Below are positions 31,820-40,531 of a stretch of 41,888 nucleotides of DNA, piece after piece. The position numbers and the translations under genes were made by a program. This DNA is from Thermoanaerobaculia bacterium (lineage in GTDB: Bacteria > Acidobacteriota > Thermoanaerobaculia > Gp7-AA8). Numbering within the stretch: the stretch's first letter is position 1; each line of letters opens with the position of its first letter. The notes under the pieces were generated by a model, which was not told where the DNA came from, did no database searches, and saw only the letters and a program-made list of their open reading frames with translations. The stretch spans positions 1-41,888 of the forward strand of contig JAENWF010000010.1 of assembly GCA_016650215.1 (NCBI GenBank). Direction: 5' to 3'.

Positions 31820-33262
31820 GTGAGTCTGGAGAGGATCGAGATCACACCGTTCGCGGTGATCGTGGGAGAAATCCTGCAGAACCGCAGCACTGGGAGTCTG
31901 ACGATCATCCGTCCTCCCGTGCGAAAAGTGCTGTACTGGTCGCAAGGCGAGCTCGTCCTCATCTCGTCGGCGGCTTCTGACGATTCGCTGGCAGATTTCC
32001 TCGTGCGGCGCGGAGTGCTTCCCCCCGACCGCGCCGTGCAGATGCTCACCGAGGATCCGACCGATGTCGTTGCGAAGTTTCATGAGGCGGGGATGCTCGA
32101 GCTTTCGTGGCGGCAGACACTGCTCCGTGAATGGGTCGCGGCGCAGTTCGTGCCGCTTTTTTCACTCGACGAGGGGACCGCGGCATTCTCCGAAGACACG
32201 GCGCTCGATCCCGACAAGCGCGTCTTCCTGCAGTCGACGGCCGGCTCGATCGTCGAAGGGGTCCGCTCGATCACGAACGGGCTGGTGCTCCGCCGTTCGC
32301 TCGGCGACCTCAAGCGCGACATCGGTCCTGCCAAGAACAGCCGCTACTCGATCGATCAAGTTCCGCTCACCGAAGGAGAGCGGCAGATCGCCGCGAAACT
32401 GACGGTGCCTGAGACGATCGAATCATTCCTCAAACACTTCCACGCTGACTCGGTAACCGCTGCAAAAGTTGTGATCTCGATGATGGCGATCGGAATCTTC
32501 ACGGTTGTGGAGGTTCGCACCTCGACGCCGACCCCGATCAATTTCGACGACATGCAGCGCGACCTCGAGCTGCTCGCGGCAATCGGAGCCGACGACCAGC
32601 GCTCGCTTCGAGCGGTCGGGTACTCTCGACAACTCGACTCGATGGATCACTATCAGGTGCTCGAGGTCCCGCGAGCGGCAACGCGGGCGCAGGTCATGAC
32701 CGGCGGTGAAACGCAGTCGAAGAAGTACGACATCGCCACATTCCCGCCCGTCGTGCGCGATGCGCTTCAGGTGATCCAGCGGCGGGTCGATGAAGCGATC
32801 AACACTCTGAAAGATCCGCTTCGCCGCGCGGCCTACGACAAGCTGCTCAACGAGCGCGGCGGCCGCGGCGCCGATTCGTCAATCCAGCAGCGCGTCACGC
32901 AACGCTCGATCGCCGATCAGAACTTCAATCGCGCGCGCGATCTCTCGGTCGAAGGCGACTACTACGGCGCGATCGTGCTGCTCAAATCGACGGTCGAATA
33001 CACGCCCGACAACGCGCAGGCGTGGTACCTGCTCGGGTCGTGTCAGGAGCGCAATCCGAAGTGGCGCCGCGAAGCCGCCGAGAGTTACCAGATGGCGCTC
33101 TCGGTCGACCCCAACTTCATCGATGCGATGATCTCTCTTGGCGACCTCTACAAGCTCGAAGGCCTCGCCTCTCGCGCCCAGAGCTGCTACGAGGACGTCA
33201 TCCGCATCTCGCCCGACAACCAGCAGGCGAAATCGCGCCTGACTGCCCTCAAGAGACGCTGA
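31820..33262 (+). CDS. DUF4388/PatA-N-like domain, degenerate J-like domain and TPR repeats
   Basis: STGSLTI...VLYWSQGELV...LADFLVRRG N-domain, DHYQVLEV...LKDPLRRAAYD J-like segment and C-terminal TPRs. Confidence 0.8.
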   Translation: MSLERIEITPFAVIVGEILQNRSTGSLTIIRPPVRKVLYWSQGELVLISSAASDDSLADFLVRRGVLPPDRAVQMLTEDPTDVVAKFHEAGMLELSWRQTLLREWVAAQFVPLFSLDEGTAAFSEDTALDPDKRVFLQSTAGSIVEGVRSITNGLVLRRSLGDLKRDIGPAKNSRYSIDQVPLTEGERQIAAKLTVPETIESFLKHFHADSVTAAKVVISMMAIGIFTVVEVRTSTPTPINFDDMQRDLELLAAIGADDQRSLRAVGYSRQLDSMDHYQVLEVPRAATRAQVMTGGETQSKKYDIATFPPVVRDALQVIQRRVDEAINTLKDPLRRAAYDKLLNERGGRGADSSIQQRVTQRSIADQNFNRARDLSVEGDYYGAIVLLKSTVEYTPDNAQAWYLLGSCQERNPKWRREAAESYQMALSVDPNFIDAMISLGDLYKLEGLASRAQSCYEDVIRISPDNQQAKSRLTALKRR

Positions 33263-33292
33263 TCCGGCGCGTTCCATGCTTAGGTTCCAGGC

Positions 33293-33481
33293 ATGAGCGA
33301 CGAGAAGAAATCCACCGAAGAGCTGGTCGAGCGGATCGAAGTCATCCAAGGCGACGAAGCCCTCGGCTACACAGGCGGCAGCAAAGAAGAGCACTCCGGC
33401 GAAAACCGCCCGAAAAAATCCGGCAATTTGAAAGACGGATTGGCAGACAACAAACCGGAAGACCTGGCGTCATCATCCTGA
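33293..33481 (+). CDS. Small hydrophilic hypothetical protein
   Basis: 62 aa with plausible codon usage. TAGGTT 6 nt before the ATG. The stop codon lies inside the REP. Confidence 0.55.
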   Translation: MSDEKKSTEELVERIEVIQGDEALGYTGGSKEEHSGENRPKKSGNLKDGLADNKPEDLASSS

Positions 33482-33570
33482 GCCGCGAAGACGGCGAAGG
33501 ATCAACGGTGGCACCGGAGAGAACGCGCAACCGAGCGGTGCCACCATTGACCCTTCGCTTCGCTCAGGGT
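33473..33570. repeat. CGTC-family REP doublet (REPIN-like), copy 2
   Basis: Inverted near-identical copy of 21456-21547 with a different central loop. Confidence 0.92.
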
Positions 33571-33595
33571 GCCCTCCGCCCCGCCCTCCCCAGAC

Positions 33596-34648
33596 CTACA
33601 TCAAGTCCTTCATGATCTTGGCGAGCGCTTCTTTCGGGGGGCGCGTGCGCTCGAGCGGAAGCGTCGCGAGCACGTCGTCGGTCACATTCAGCAGGGAGAT
33701 GAAGCTCTTCTTCTGCGGGTTCAGGTGCACGAGGCCGGTGAGCATCTGGCCTTCCTCTTCGGCGCGGTGCAGGCGCTTGAGCGCTTCGATCGGGCTCGAC
33801 GCGTCGTAGTCCTCTTCGAGTTTCTTCAGCAGGATCTTCGAGCCGTCGTGCATCTCGACTTCCTTCACCGTTCCCGGCTCGTAGTCAACTTCGATCTGCT
33901 CGTACGACTGCACGAAGCCGATCTGGTGCAGCAGCTCCTGATGATCCTTTGAATACTGATAGCCCTTCGTCGATCCTTCGTGATTGTTGAACGTGACGCA
34001 GGGCGAGATCACGTCGATCACCGCCATGCCGTCGTGCGCGATTGACGCCTTCAGGATGTTGATCATCTGCTTCGGATCGCCCGCGAACCCGCGCGCCACG
34101 AATCCGCAGCCGAGCTGCACGGCCAGTGCGCAGAGGTCCATCGGATGAAGATCATTGACGACACCGGTCTTCAGCTTCGATCCTTCGTCGGCAGTCGCTG
34201 AGAACTGCCCTTTGGTCAGACCGTACACGCCGTTGTTCTCGATGATGTAGATCATCGGAATGTTGCGCCGCACCATGTGCATGAACTGCCCGAGGCCGAT
34301 CGATGCGGTGTCGCCGTCACCTGAGACGCCGATGCCCATGAGCCGGTGATTCGCGAGCATCGCGCCGGTCGCGACCGCCGGCATTCGCCCGTGAACCGTG
34401 TTGAATCCGTGCGAGCGCTGCATGAAGTACGCAGGTGTCTTCGACGAGCATCCGATACCGGAGAACTTGGCGACGCTCTCCGGCTTGATGCTCATCTCGT
34501 AGAACGCGCGGACGATCTGATTGCTGATCGCATCGTGTCCGCAGCCGGCGCAGAGCGTCGACTTGCCGCCCTGGTAGTCGCTCGACTTCAGCCCGATCCG
34601 GTTTTCCTTCGGTGCTTCGGCGGTTCCAGTCTTGAGAACGCTGTCCAT
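33596..34648 (-). CDS. korB: 2-oxoacid:ferredoxin oxidoreductase, beta subunit
   Basis: LCAGCGH, SGIGCSS, HGRMP, GDGD...NNGVYGLTKGQFS (TPP-binding) and SPCVTFN motifs. Substrate cannot be determined. Confidence 0.92.
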   Translation of the reverse strand: MDSVLKTGTAEAPKENRIGLKSSDYQGGKSTLCAGCGHDAISNQIVRAFYEMSIKPESVAKFSGIGCSSKTPAYFMQRSHGFNTVHGRMPAVATGAMLANHRLMGIGVSGDGDTASIGLGQFMHMVRRNIPMIYIIENNGVYGLTKGQFSATADEGSKLKTGVVNDLHPMDLCALAVQLGCGFVARGFAGDPKQMINILKASIAHDGMAVIDVISPCVTFNNHEGSTKGYQYSKDHQELLHQIGFVQSYEQIEVDYEPGTVKEVEMHDGSKILLKKLEEDYDASSPIEALKRLHRAEEEGQMLTGLVHLNPQKKSFISLLNVTDDVLATLPLERTRPPKEALAKIMKDLM

Positions 34649-34651
34649 GAG

Positions 34652-36493
34652 TTACGCCTCCATCCGGAGCACTTCGTTGGTGATGAACCGCGCGTCGCAC
34701 GGAAGTCCGATGTAGTGCAGCACCTTGCGGATTTTCCGCTGGTCTTCGCCTAGCTCGAGCCGGATCAGATCGCCCATCTGCCCGTCGCGGTTCTGCTCGA
34801 CCACATAAACCCTGTCGTGGGTCGCCACGAAGTCGCGCAACTCCTCGGTGAACGGCAGCGCGCGAAGCCGGAAGTAGCTGGTCTCAATGCTGCGCTCGCT
34901 CAGAAGCTGATGGCGTGCTTCTTCGAGCGCGAAATCGGTCGTGCCGTAGGCGATGAATCCGATCTTCGCGCCGTCGCGAATGTCGACGGCCGGCTTCGGC
35001 ACGTATTGCTTCGCTGTCTCGTATTTCTTCTTCAACCGGTCGACCAACGCTTTGTAGTCTTCCGGCTTCTCGGAGTAGCGCGCCTGCGTGTCGTGACCCG
35101 AGCCGCGCGTGAAGTACGAGGCGAACGGGTGATCGGTGCCGGGGAGCGTGCGCCACGGAATGCCGTCGCCATCGACATCGGCGTAGCGTCCCCACTTGCC
35201 GTTGAGCTCAGTGAGTTTCTCCTTCGTCAGCACCTTGCCGCGCGTGATCGGCTTTTCGGGATAGACGAAGGGATCCGACATCCAGTTGTTCATACCGAGG
35301 TCGAGGTCGGAGAGGACGAAGATGGGAGTCTGGAACTGCTCCGCGAGATCGAGCGCCTCGCTCGCAAAGTCGAAGCATTCGCTCACGCTCGAAGGAATGA
35401 GCACGATGTGCTGCGTGTCGCCATGCGAGAGGAGCGCGACCTGGTTGACGTCGCCCTGCGCGGTTCGCGTTGGAAGTCCCGTAGAAGGACCGACGCGTTG
35501 AATGTCCCAGATCACGCCGGGGATCTCGGCGAAGTAGCCGAGGCCGATGAACTCCGCCATGAGCGAGATGCCCGGGCCGGCGGTCGAAGTCATGGAACGC
35601 GCACCCGCCCAGCCGGCGCCCAGGACCATGCCTACCGCGGCCAGTTCATCCTCGGCCTGCACGACGGCGAACGTGGCTTTGCCGTCTTTCTCGATGCGAT
35701 GCTGCTTGAGGTAATCGATGAGCGATTCGCAAAGCGAGGAGGAAGGAGTGATTGGATACCAGGTGACCACGGTGACGCCGCCGAACATCGCGCCGATCGC
35801 GGCCGCCGCATTGCCGTCGATGATGATCTTGCCGGCAGTCTTGTTCATCCGCTCGATGCGCCAGCGGTTCTGTGAAGGAAGCGAGGAGCGCGCGAACTCC
35901 ATCCCCTTGTCGATCGCCTGCACGTTTGGTTCGATCGCTTTCGTTTTTCCCTTGAACTGCTTGTTGAGCGCGCCGTTGATCTCTTCGCGGTCGATGCCGA
36001 TCAGCTCCGCGATGATGCCGACGTAGATCATGTTCGTCAGCAGCTTGCGGAGGCGTGAGTCCGGCGTGAGCTCGCCGGCGAGTTTCGCGAAGGGGACTTC
36101 GAAAAACACGATGTCGTTGCGGATCGCTTTGCAGTTGAGCGGCGCGTCGTAGATGCAGAGCGCGCCCGGATCGAGCGCCTCCACGTCTTCCTTCGCGGTC
36201 TGCGCATTCATGCAGACCATCACGTCGACTTCTCTTTTGCGCGCGGTCCAGCCGTCCTTGTTCGCGCGGATCGTGAACCAGGTCGGCAGACCCGCGATGT
36301 TCGAGGGGAACATGTTCTTCCCGCTCACCGGCACGCCCATCTGAAAGATCGAGCGCATCAGAACGCTGTTCGACGACTGCGAGCCGGAACCGTTGACGGT
36401 TGCGACGTGAATCGTGAGGTCGTTCACAACCGGCGCGCGACCACCGCGGGCTGGCTCTTCGAGAACGGCGGTGACGCTGGACAAATCGGACAC
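34652..36493 (-). CDS. korA: 2-oxoacid:acceptor oxidoreductase, alpha subunit (gamma-alpha fused)
   Basis: YPITPSS, QAEDELAA, TSTAGPG, QRVGPSTGLPT and VVEQNRDGQ motifs. GTG 36493 with SD AAGGAG. Confidence 0.92.
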   Translation of the reverse strand: MSDLSSVTAVLEEPARGGRAPVVNDLTIHVATVNGSGSQSSNSVLMRSIFQMGVPVSGKNMFPSNIAGLPTWFTIRANKDGWTARKREVDVMVCMNAQTAKEDVEALDPGALCIYDAPLNCKAIRNDIVFFEVPFAKLAGELTPDSRLRKLLTNMIYVGIIAELIGIDREEINGALNKQFKGKTKAIEPNVQAIDKGMEFARSSLPSQNRWRIERMNKTAGKIIIDGNAAAAIGAMFGGVTVVTWYPITPSSSLCESLIDYLKQHRIEKDGKATFAVVQAEDELAAVGMVLGAGWAGARSMTSTAGPGISLMAEFIGLGYFAEIPGVIWDIQRVGPSTGLPTRTAQGDVNQVALLSHGDTQHIVLIPSSVSECFDFASEALDLAEQFQTPIFVLSDLDLGMNNWMSDPFVYPEKPITRGKVLTKEKLTELNGKWGRYADVDGDGIPWRTLPGTDHPFASYFTRGSGHDTQARYSEKPEDYKALVDRLKKKYETAKQYVPKPAVDIRDGAKIGFIAYGTTDFALEEARHQLLSERSIETSYFRLRALPFTEELRDFVATHDRVYVVEQNRDGQMGDLIRLELGEDQRKIRKVLHYIGLPCDARFITNEVLRMEA

Positions 36494-36545
36494 GTAACTC
36501 TCCTTTATTGAGCGGAGTGGGGGGAAATTGTAGCGGATATGGCCG

Positions 36546-36621
36546 GTCACGAGTGACGCGTAACGAGTGACGAGTGACGAGACCGCCATAAACCCGTCAC
36601 TCGTCACGCGTCACGCGTCAC
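36546..36621. repeat. Inverted array of tandem heptamers, (GTGACGA)n / (TCGTCAC)n
   Basis: Five left units (36546-36580), a 13-nt loop and four right units (36594-36621). Confidence 0.9.
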
Positions 36622-36677
36622 CGAATCGCCCGACGACACCTGCAGACCCGGCTGACCCCGTGCTACCCTCCGCCGCG

Positions 36678-37397
36678 ATGCTGCACACGCTCTGGGCCGC
36701 GTTCGCGGCGGTGTTGCTCACGATCCCGGCCGCGACCGCGACGATGATCGTCGCGCTGGTTCACTCCTCCTCGCCGCTGATCGATCGCATCATCCGGCTC
36801 TGGGCGAAATCGGTCGTCAAGGCCGCGGGAATCGATCTTCACGCGGAGAACGTCGAGCTGATCGAACCGTCGCAGCGCTACATCATCGTCTCGAATCACT
36901 ACAGCTACTTCGACATCCCGTGCATTTTCGCGGCGATCCCGCAGCCGATCCGTTTCATGGCGAAAGCGAGCCTGTTCAAGATTCCGATCTTCGGCTGGGC
37001 GATCGGCCGCGCCGGCTTCATCCCGATCGACCGGAAGAACCGCCGGACGGCAGTGAAGTCGTTCGATCTGGCGGCGCAGCGGATCCGCAAAGGAAACACG
37101 ATCGTCGTCTTCCCCGAAGAGGGACGCTCACGCACGCGCGAGATGAAGCCCTTTCAGCGCGGCGGCTTTCTCCTCGCGCTCAAGTCGGAGCTGCCGATCG
37201 TGCCCGTCGCCATCGACGGCACATGGAACGTCTTCCGCGCGGGCGCCCGCCGAGTGACCCCGGGCCGCGTCACCGTCCGAGTAACGCCCCCGATCCCGAC
37301 CGCCGGCCTCTCGCTCCGCGACAAGGAAGGGCTCGCTGCGGAATCGCGCAGCCGGATCGAAAAGCTGCTGTTCGGCAACACTGAACAACCGTCCTAA
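36678..37397 (+). CDS. plsC: 1-acyl-sn-glycerol-3-phosphate acyltransferase
   Basis: NHYSYFD (HxxxxD), FIPIDR, FPEEGRS and IVPVAI motifs. Start moved to ATG 36678. Confidence 0.9.
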   Translation: MLHTLWAAFAAVLLTIPAATATMIVALVHSSSPLIDRIIRLWAKSVVKAAGIDLHAENVELIEPSQRYIIVSNHYSYFDIPCIFAAIPQPIRFMAKASLFKIPIFGWAIGRAGFIPIDRKNRRTAVKSFDLAAQRIRKGNTIVVFPEEGRSRTREMKPFQRGGFLLALKSELPIVPVAIDGTWNVFRAGARRVTPGRVTVRVTPPIPTAGLSLRDKEGLAAESRSRIEKLLFGNTEQPS

Positions 37398-37458
37398 CGG
37401 TCTCGGAGTGCGCCTCGCGTCGCGCCGACTCGGGAGCTGAACAAAGAAACGCAAATTC

Positions 37459-37492
37459 TTGACGCCAGCATTATTTCTTCTACAATGTAAAA
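37459..37492 (+). promoter_or_regulatory. Promoter and near-palindromic operator of the padR operon
   Basis: TTGACG-16 nt-TACAAT, with TTCTACAATGTAAAA (37478-37492) overlapping the -10. Confidence 0.7.
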
Positions 37493-37495
37493 ACA

Positions 37496-37816
37496 ATGCG
37501 GGCTCTTGGTGACTTCGAGCGGGCCGTTCTGCTGGCCGTCGTACGGATCGAGGACGGCGCATATGGAGTCAGCATCCGGCGCGAGCTCGAGAGGATGCTC
37601 CAGCGCGATGTCTCCCTTGGCGCGGTCTACACCACGCTGGGGCGTCTTCAGGAAAAGGGTCTCGTCATTTCATACTCCGGCGATCCAACGCCGCAGCGCG
37701 GTGGCCGCGCGAAAAAGTTCTTCAAGGTTGAATCCGCCGGACGCAAAGCGCTCGACCAGGCGCGCCGCTCCGCCGAGCTTCTCGGCGCGCTGCATCCGGC
37801 GAGGGGAACCAAATGA
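37496..37816 (+). CDS. PadR-family transcriptional regulator
   Basis: LGDFERAVLLAV...AYGVSI...GAVYTTLGRLQEKG...RGGRAKKFF. Confidence 0.95.
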   Translation: MRALGDFERAVLLAVVRIEDGAYGVSIRRELERMLQRDVSLGAVYTTLGRLQEKGLVISYSGDPTPQRGGRAKKFFKVESAGRKALDQARRSAELLGALHPARGTK

Positions 37817-38745
37817 CGATCGTCAGACTGCTGCTTCCGCGAGACCGCGCCGACGCCTTCGAAGGTGACATGCAGGAAGAGCTCGCGCGCCTTGCGAGCC
37901 GGGTGGGACCACGACGCGCCACGCTCTGGCACGCGCGCGAGGTCGCGTTACTCGTCGTTCATGCCATGTGGCGGTGGCTCATGCTCGCCGTTTCGTTCGG
38001 AGCAATCACAGGAACGGTGGCTTTAGGGTTCTGGGCGCTTGATCTGGAAATCGGAACATACCTGTCATTCCCGGTCGTGATCCTGGCGCTGATGGCGCTG
38101 TTTCGGGCACGCCCGCCTCAAACGTACTTTCTTCGATTCCTCACTGCGCTCACCACATTCATGACGATGACCGTGGTGATCTACGCCGGCATCAGAAACC
38201 TCGATTCACGTGTCGCGACCATCGACCTCTGGGGACACACATGGAGGCTCTGCATGATGCTCGCGATCGGACTCGTCGCCAGCGCATGCACGGCTCTGAT
38301 GTCACCCGGAAAATCGAGCTCGCCCTATCGCGTCCCCTTCGGGCTGTCGATTCTGGGCTTCGGGGCGATCTATGTGACCCTGATGGCACGCGGGGGCTGG
38401 CTGGCCCTTGCGGTGATCGCCACCGTTCTGCTCGCGACGGCGAATTTCCTGCGCAAGCAGGATACCCAGCCGTTCGCCCGACGCTTCGTCGTCCTGTTTG
38501 GCGTGAATGCGGTCATGGCCGGGTTGACGTGCGCATTGCTTTTTTTGTTTGCTCACGACCGTTTCGCTTATCGGGCGTGGGCGGCGCTCTTTCAGAATGG
38601 GCTGTTGTATGTGGAGATCGCGGCGACGAGTCTCGCGTTCGCACTGCTCAGCAGAGTCTCCCGCGCTCCACGGTCCACTACCGGGCGAGCGCCTGATAAA
38701 CCAGATCTAGATCCGATTCCAGCAGAGTCCGCACGTCGATCGTGA
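37813..38745 (+). CDS. Multi-pass membrane protein coupled to padR
   Basis: ATGA overlap. N-terminal LLPRDRADAFEGDMQEE prefix, as in PadR-partner permeases, then about 8 hydrophobic segments. Confidence 0.75.
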   Translation: MTIVRLLLPRDRADAFEGDMQEELARLASRVGPRRATLWHAREVALLVVHAMWRWLMLAVSFGAITGTVALGFWALDLEIGTYLSFPVVILALMALFRARPPQTYFLRFLTALTTFMTMTVVIYAGIRNLDSRVATIDLWGHTWRLCMMLAIGLVASACTALMSPGKSSSPYRVPFGLSILGFGAIYVTLMARGGWLALAVIATVLLATANFLRKQDTQPFARRFVVLFGVNAVMAGLTCALLFLFAHDRFAYRAWAALFQNGLLYVEIAATSLAFALLSRVSRAPRSTTGRAPDKPDLDPIPAESARRS

Positions 38746-38787
38746 AGATTGCCGCTTTCTCGTGTCCGGTGAGAAGGACGAAAAGGC

Positions 38788-38817
38788 AAAGCGGTGGCAA
38801 GCCGCCGCACTCCGAAA
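38788..38817 (-). repeat. GGAGTGCGG-type REP
   Basis: AAAGCGGTGGCAAGCCGCCGCACTCCGAAA is similar to 28404-28432 and 18953-18977. Confidence 0.8.
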
Positions 38818-38907
38818 ACGGTCGCGCATCCAAGCCGAGTCAGTCTCAATGGACAAGCGGCGCATGGGGCCGCCCCGGCTCAATGGTCAGGCGTACAATC
38901 AATCCGA

Positions 38908-39125
38908 ATGACGACGGCGCCTCAGGTGGTTCACCGCGATCCCGGAATCATGGGCGGCGAACCGGTTTTCGTCGGTACTCGGGTTCCCGTTCGCAGTCTC
39001 TTCGAGTACCTCGAGGCGGGCGACTCCCTCGAAGTGTTTTTGGACGCGTTCCCTCGGTCACACGCAACCAGGCCATTGCGGCGCTCGAAATCGCCAGCGA
39101 TGCTTTGAGCCAGGCCGAGTCGTAA
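38908..39125 (+). pseudogene. DUF433-family antitoxin, frameshifted and orphan
   Basis: One frame gives ...DPGIMGGEPVFVGTRVPVRSLFEYLEAGDSLEVFLDAFP. The expected tail SVTRNQAIAALE is in another frame, after TTCCCTCG at about 39049-39056. Confidence 0.85.
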
Positions 39126-39138
39126 GACTCACCGGTCG

Positions 39139-40494
39139 TTAATTCAACGCCTCGCGCACCGGCCTGATGTCAGCGTCCATGAGCGTTCGCACGTCGATCG
39201 TGAAGGTGTCTTCCACAATGCGTCCGGCGATCGGAATCGGGAGCCGCAGAAATCGATCCTTGATCTCGTTCGCGTTTCCCGGGACGGTGACGGCGACCGA
39301 GGCGATCGTTTCAGATGGCGTGGTGCCGCCGCCGAGGGCGCAGCGGGTCTCGATGATCATGGAACGGGTGCCGCGGGTCAGTTCTTCGGCGCGCTGCCGG
39401 AGCTGCTCGATGGGTGTCGCGAGCATGCGATAGATCGGGATGAGCTGTTCGTGCCGTTCGGTGGCAAAGGCGCGGAGGGTTGCGCCGATCACTGCGTAGC
39501 TTTCTTTTCCAGCGCGCAGCGCGCGCATGAGCGGGTGTTTGCGGCATCGGGCGACGATCTCTTCGCGGCCGAGAATGAGGCCTCCCTGTGTTGCGCCGAT
39601 GAGTTTGTCGGTCGAGCAGGTGATCGCGTCGACGCCCAGCGCGAAGAGCTCGCGGATCGTCTCACCGCGGGAGAAGCCGTAGCGCGAGAGCTCAACGACA
39701 CGGCCGCTCCCCTCGTCGTACAGCATCGGGAGCTTATTCGCGCGCGCGACCTCGACCAGCTCCGCGACCGACGGCGTTTCGGTGAATCCGACGATGTCGA
39801 AGTTGGAGCGATGGACGCGCAGGATTGCGCCGCTCCTCCGGGATGCAGCATCCGCGTAGTCGTGCGCGCGTGTCCGGTTCGTCGTTCCGACCTCGCGCAG
39901 CTTCGCTCCGCCTTGCTGGATCACGTCCGGCACTCGGAACGCGCCACCGATCTCGACGAGCTCGCCGCGCGAGACGAGCACTTCCTTCTTCGCGGCAACC
40001 GCCGCAAGCAGAAGCAGAGTTCCCGCCGCGTTGTTGTTCGCAAGGACCGCGGCCTCGCAACCGAAAAGAGTCCGACAGACGTCAGCAAGGTGATCGTCGC
40101 GGTTTCCACGCTCGCCGCTCTCGAGATCGAACTCGAGATTCGAGTACGCCGCTACGGTGGCTGCCGCCTCGGTCCAGATCGCGGGATCGATCGGCGAACG
40201 GCCGAGGTTCGTGTGGATGATGATGCCGGTGCCGTTGATGACGCGGCGCAGCGTGGTCTCGCTCGAGATCGCAGCACGCTGGTCCATCGCGGCGAGCGCG
40301 CGCGACTCGTCATACGGAACGCGCGAGGCCCGCACTTCGTTGAGGTATGCGCCAAGAGCTGACTTCACTCCCTCGCGGCCGTACTGCCGGATGAGAGCAG
40401 CAACCGCCGGGGATGAGAGGATTCGCTCGACCGAGGGGATTGCGCGGAGGTTGCCCGCAGACGAGTCCGCTGCGGCGGCTGGCGCTTTACGCAT
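39139..40494 (-). CDS. selA: L-seryl-tRNA(Sec) selenium transferase
   Basis: RVINGTGIIIHTNLGRS, NNNAA, VSRGELVEIGGAFRVPDV, EVGTTNRT, STDKLIG (PLP Lys) and HPLMRALR motifs. Start moved to ATG 40494. Confidence 0.95.
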   Translation of the reverse strand: MRKAPAAAADSSAGNLRAIPSVERILSSPAVAALIRQYGREGVKSALGAYLNEVRASRVPYDESRALAAMDQRAAISSETTLRRVINGTGIIIHTNLGRSPIDPAIWTEAAATVAAYSNLEFDLESGERGNRDDHLADVCRTLFGCEAAVLANNNAAGTLLLLAAVAAKKEVLVSRGELVEIGGAFRVPDVIQQGGAKLREVGTTNRTRAHDYADAASRRSGAILRVHRSNFDIVGFTETPSVAELVEVARANKLPMLYDEGSGRVVELSRYGFSRGETIRELFALGVDAITCSTDKLIGATQGGLILGREEIVARCRKHPLMRALRAGKESYAVIGATLRAFATERHEQLIPIYRMLATPIEQLRQRAEELTRGTRSMIIETRCALGGGTTPSETIASVAVTVPGNANEIKDRFLRLPIPIAGRIVEDTFTIDVRTLMDADIRPVREALN

Positions 40495-40531
40495 AAGGCT
40501 CGGGGCCGTATTGTAGTGGCACAGGAACCAG

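Noticed and set aside
36494-36677. Extensions of korA and plsC with SLVTR-like repeats
   Set aside because: They come from reading through the heptamer array. Better starts exist at 36493 and 36678.
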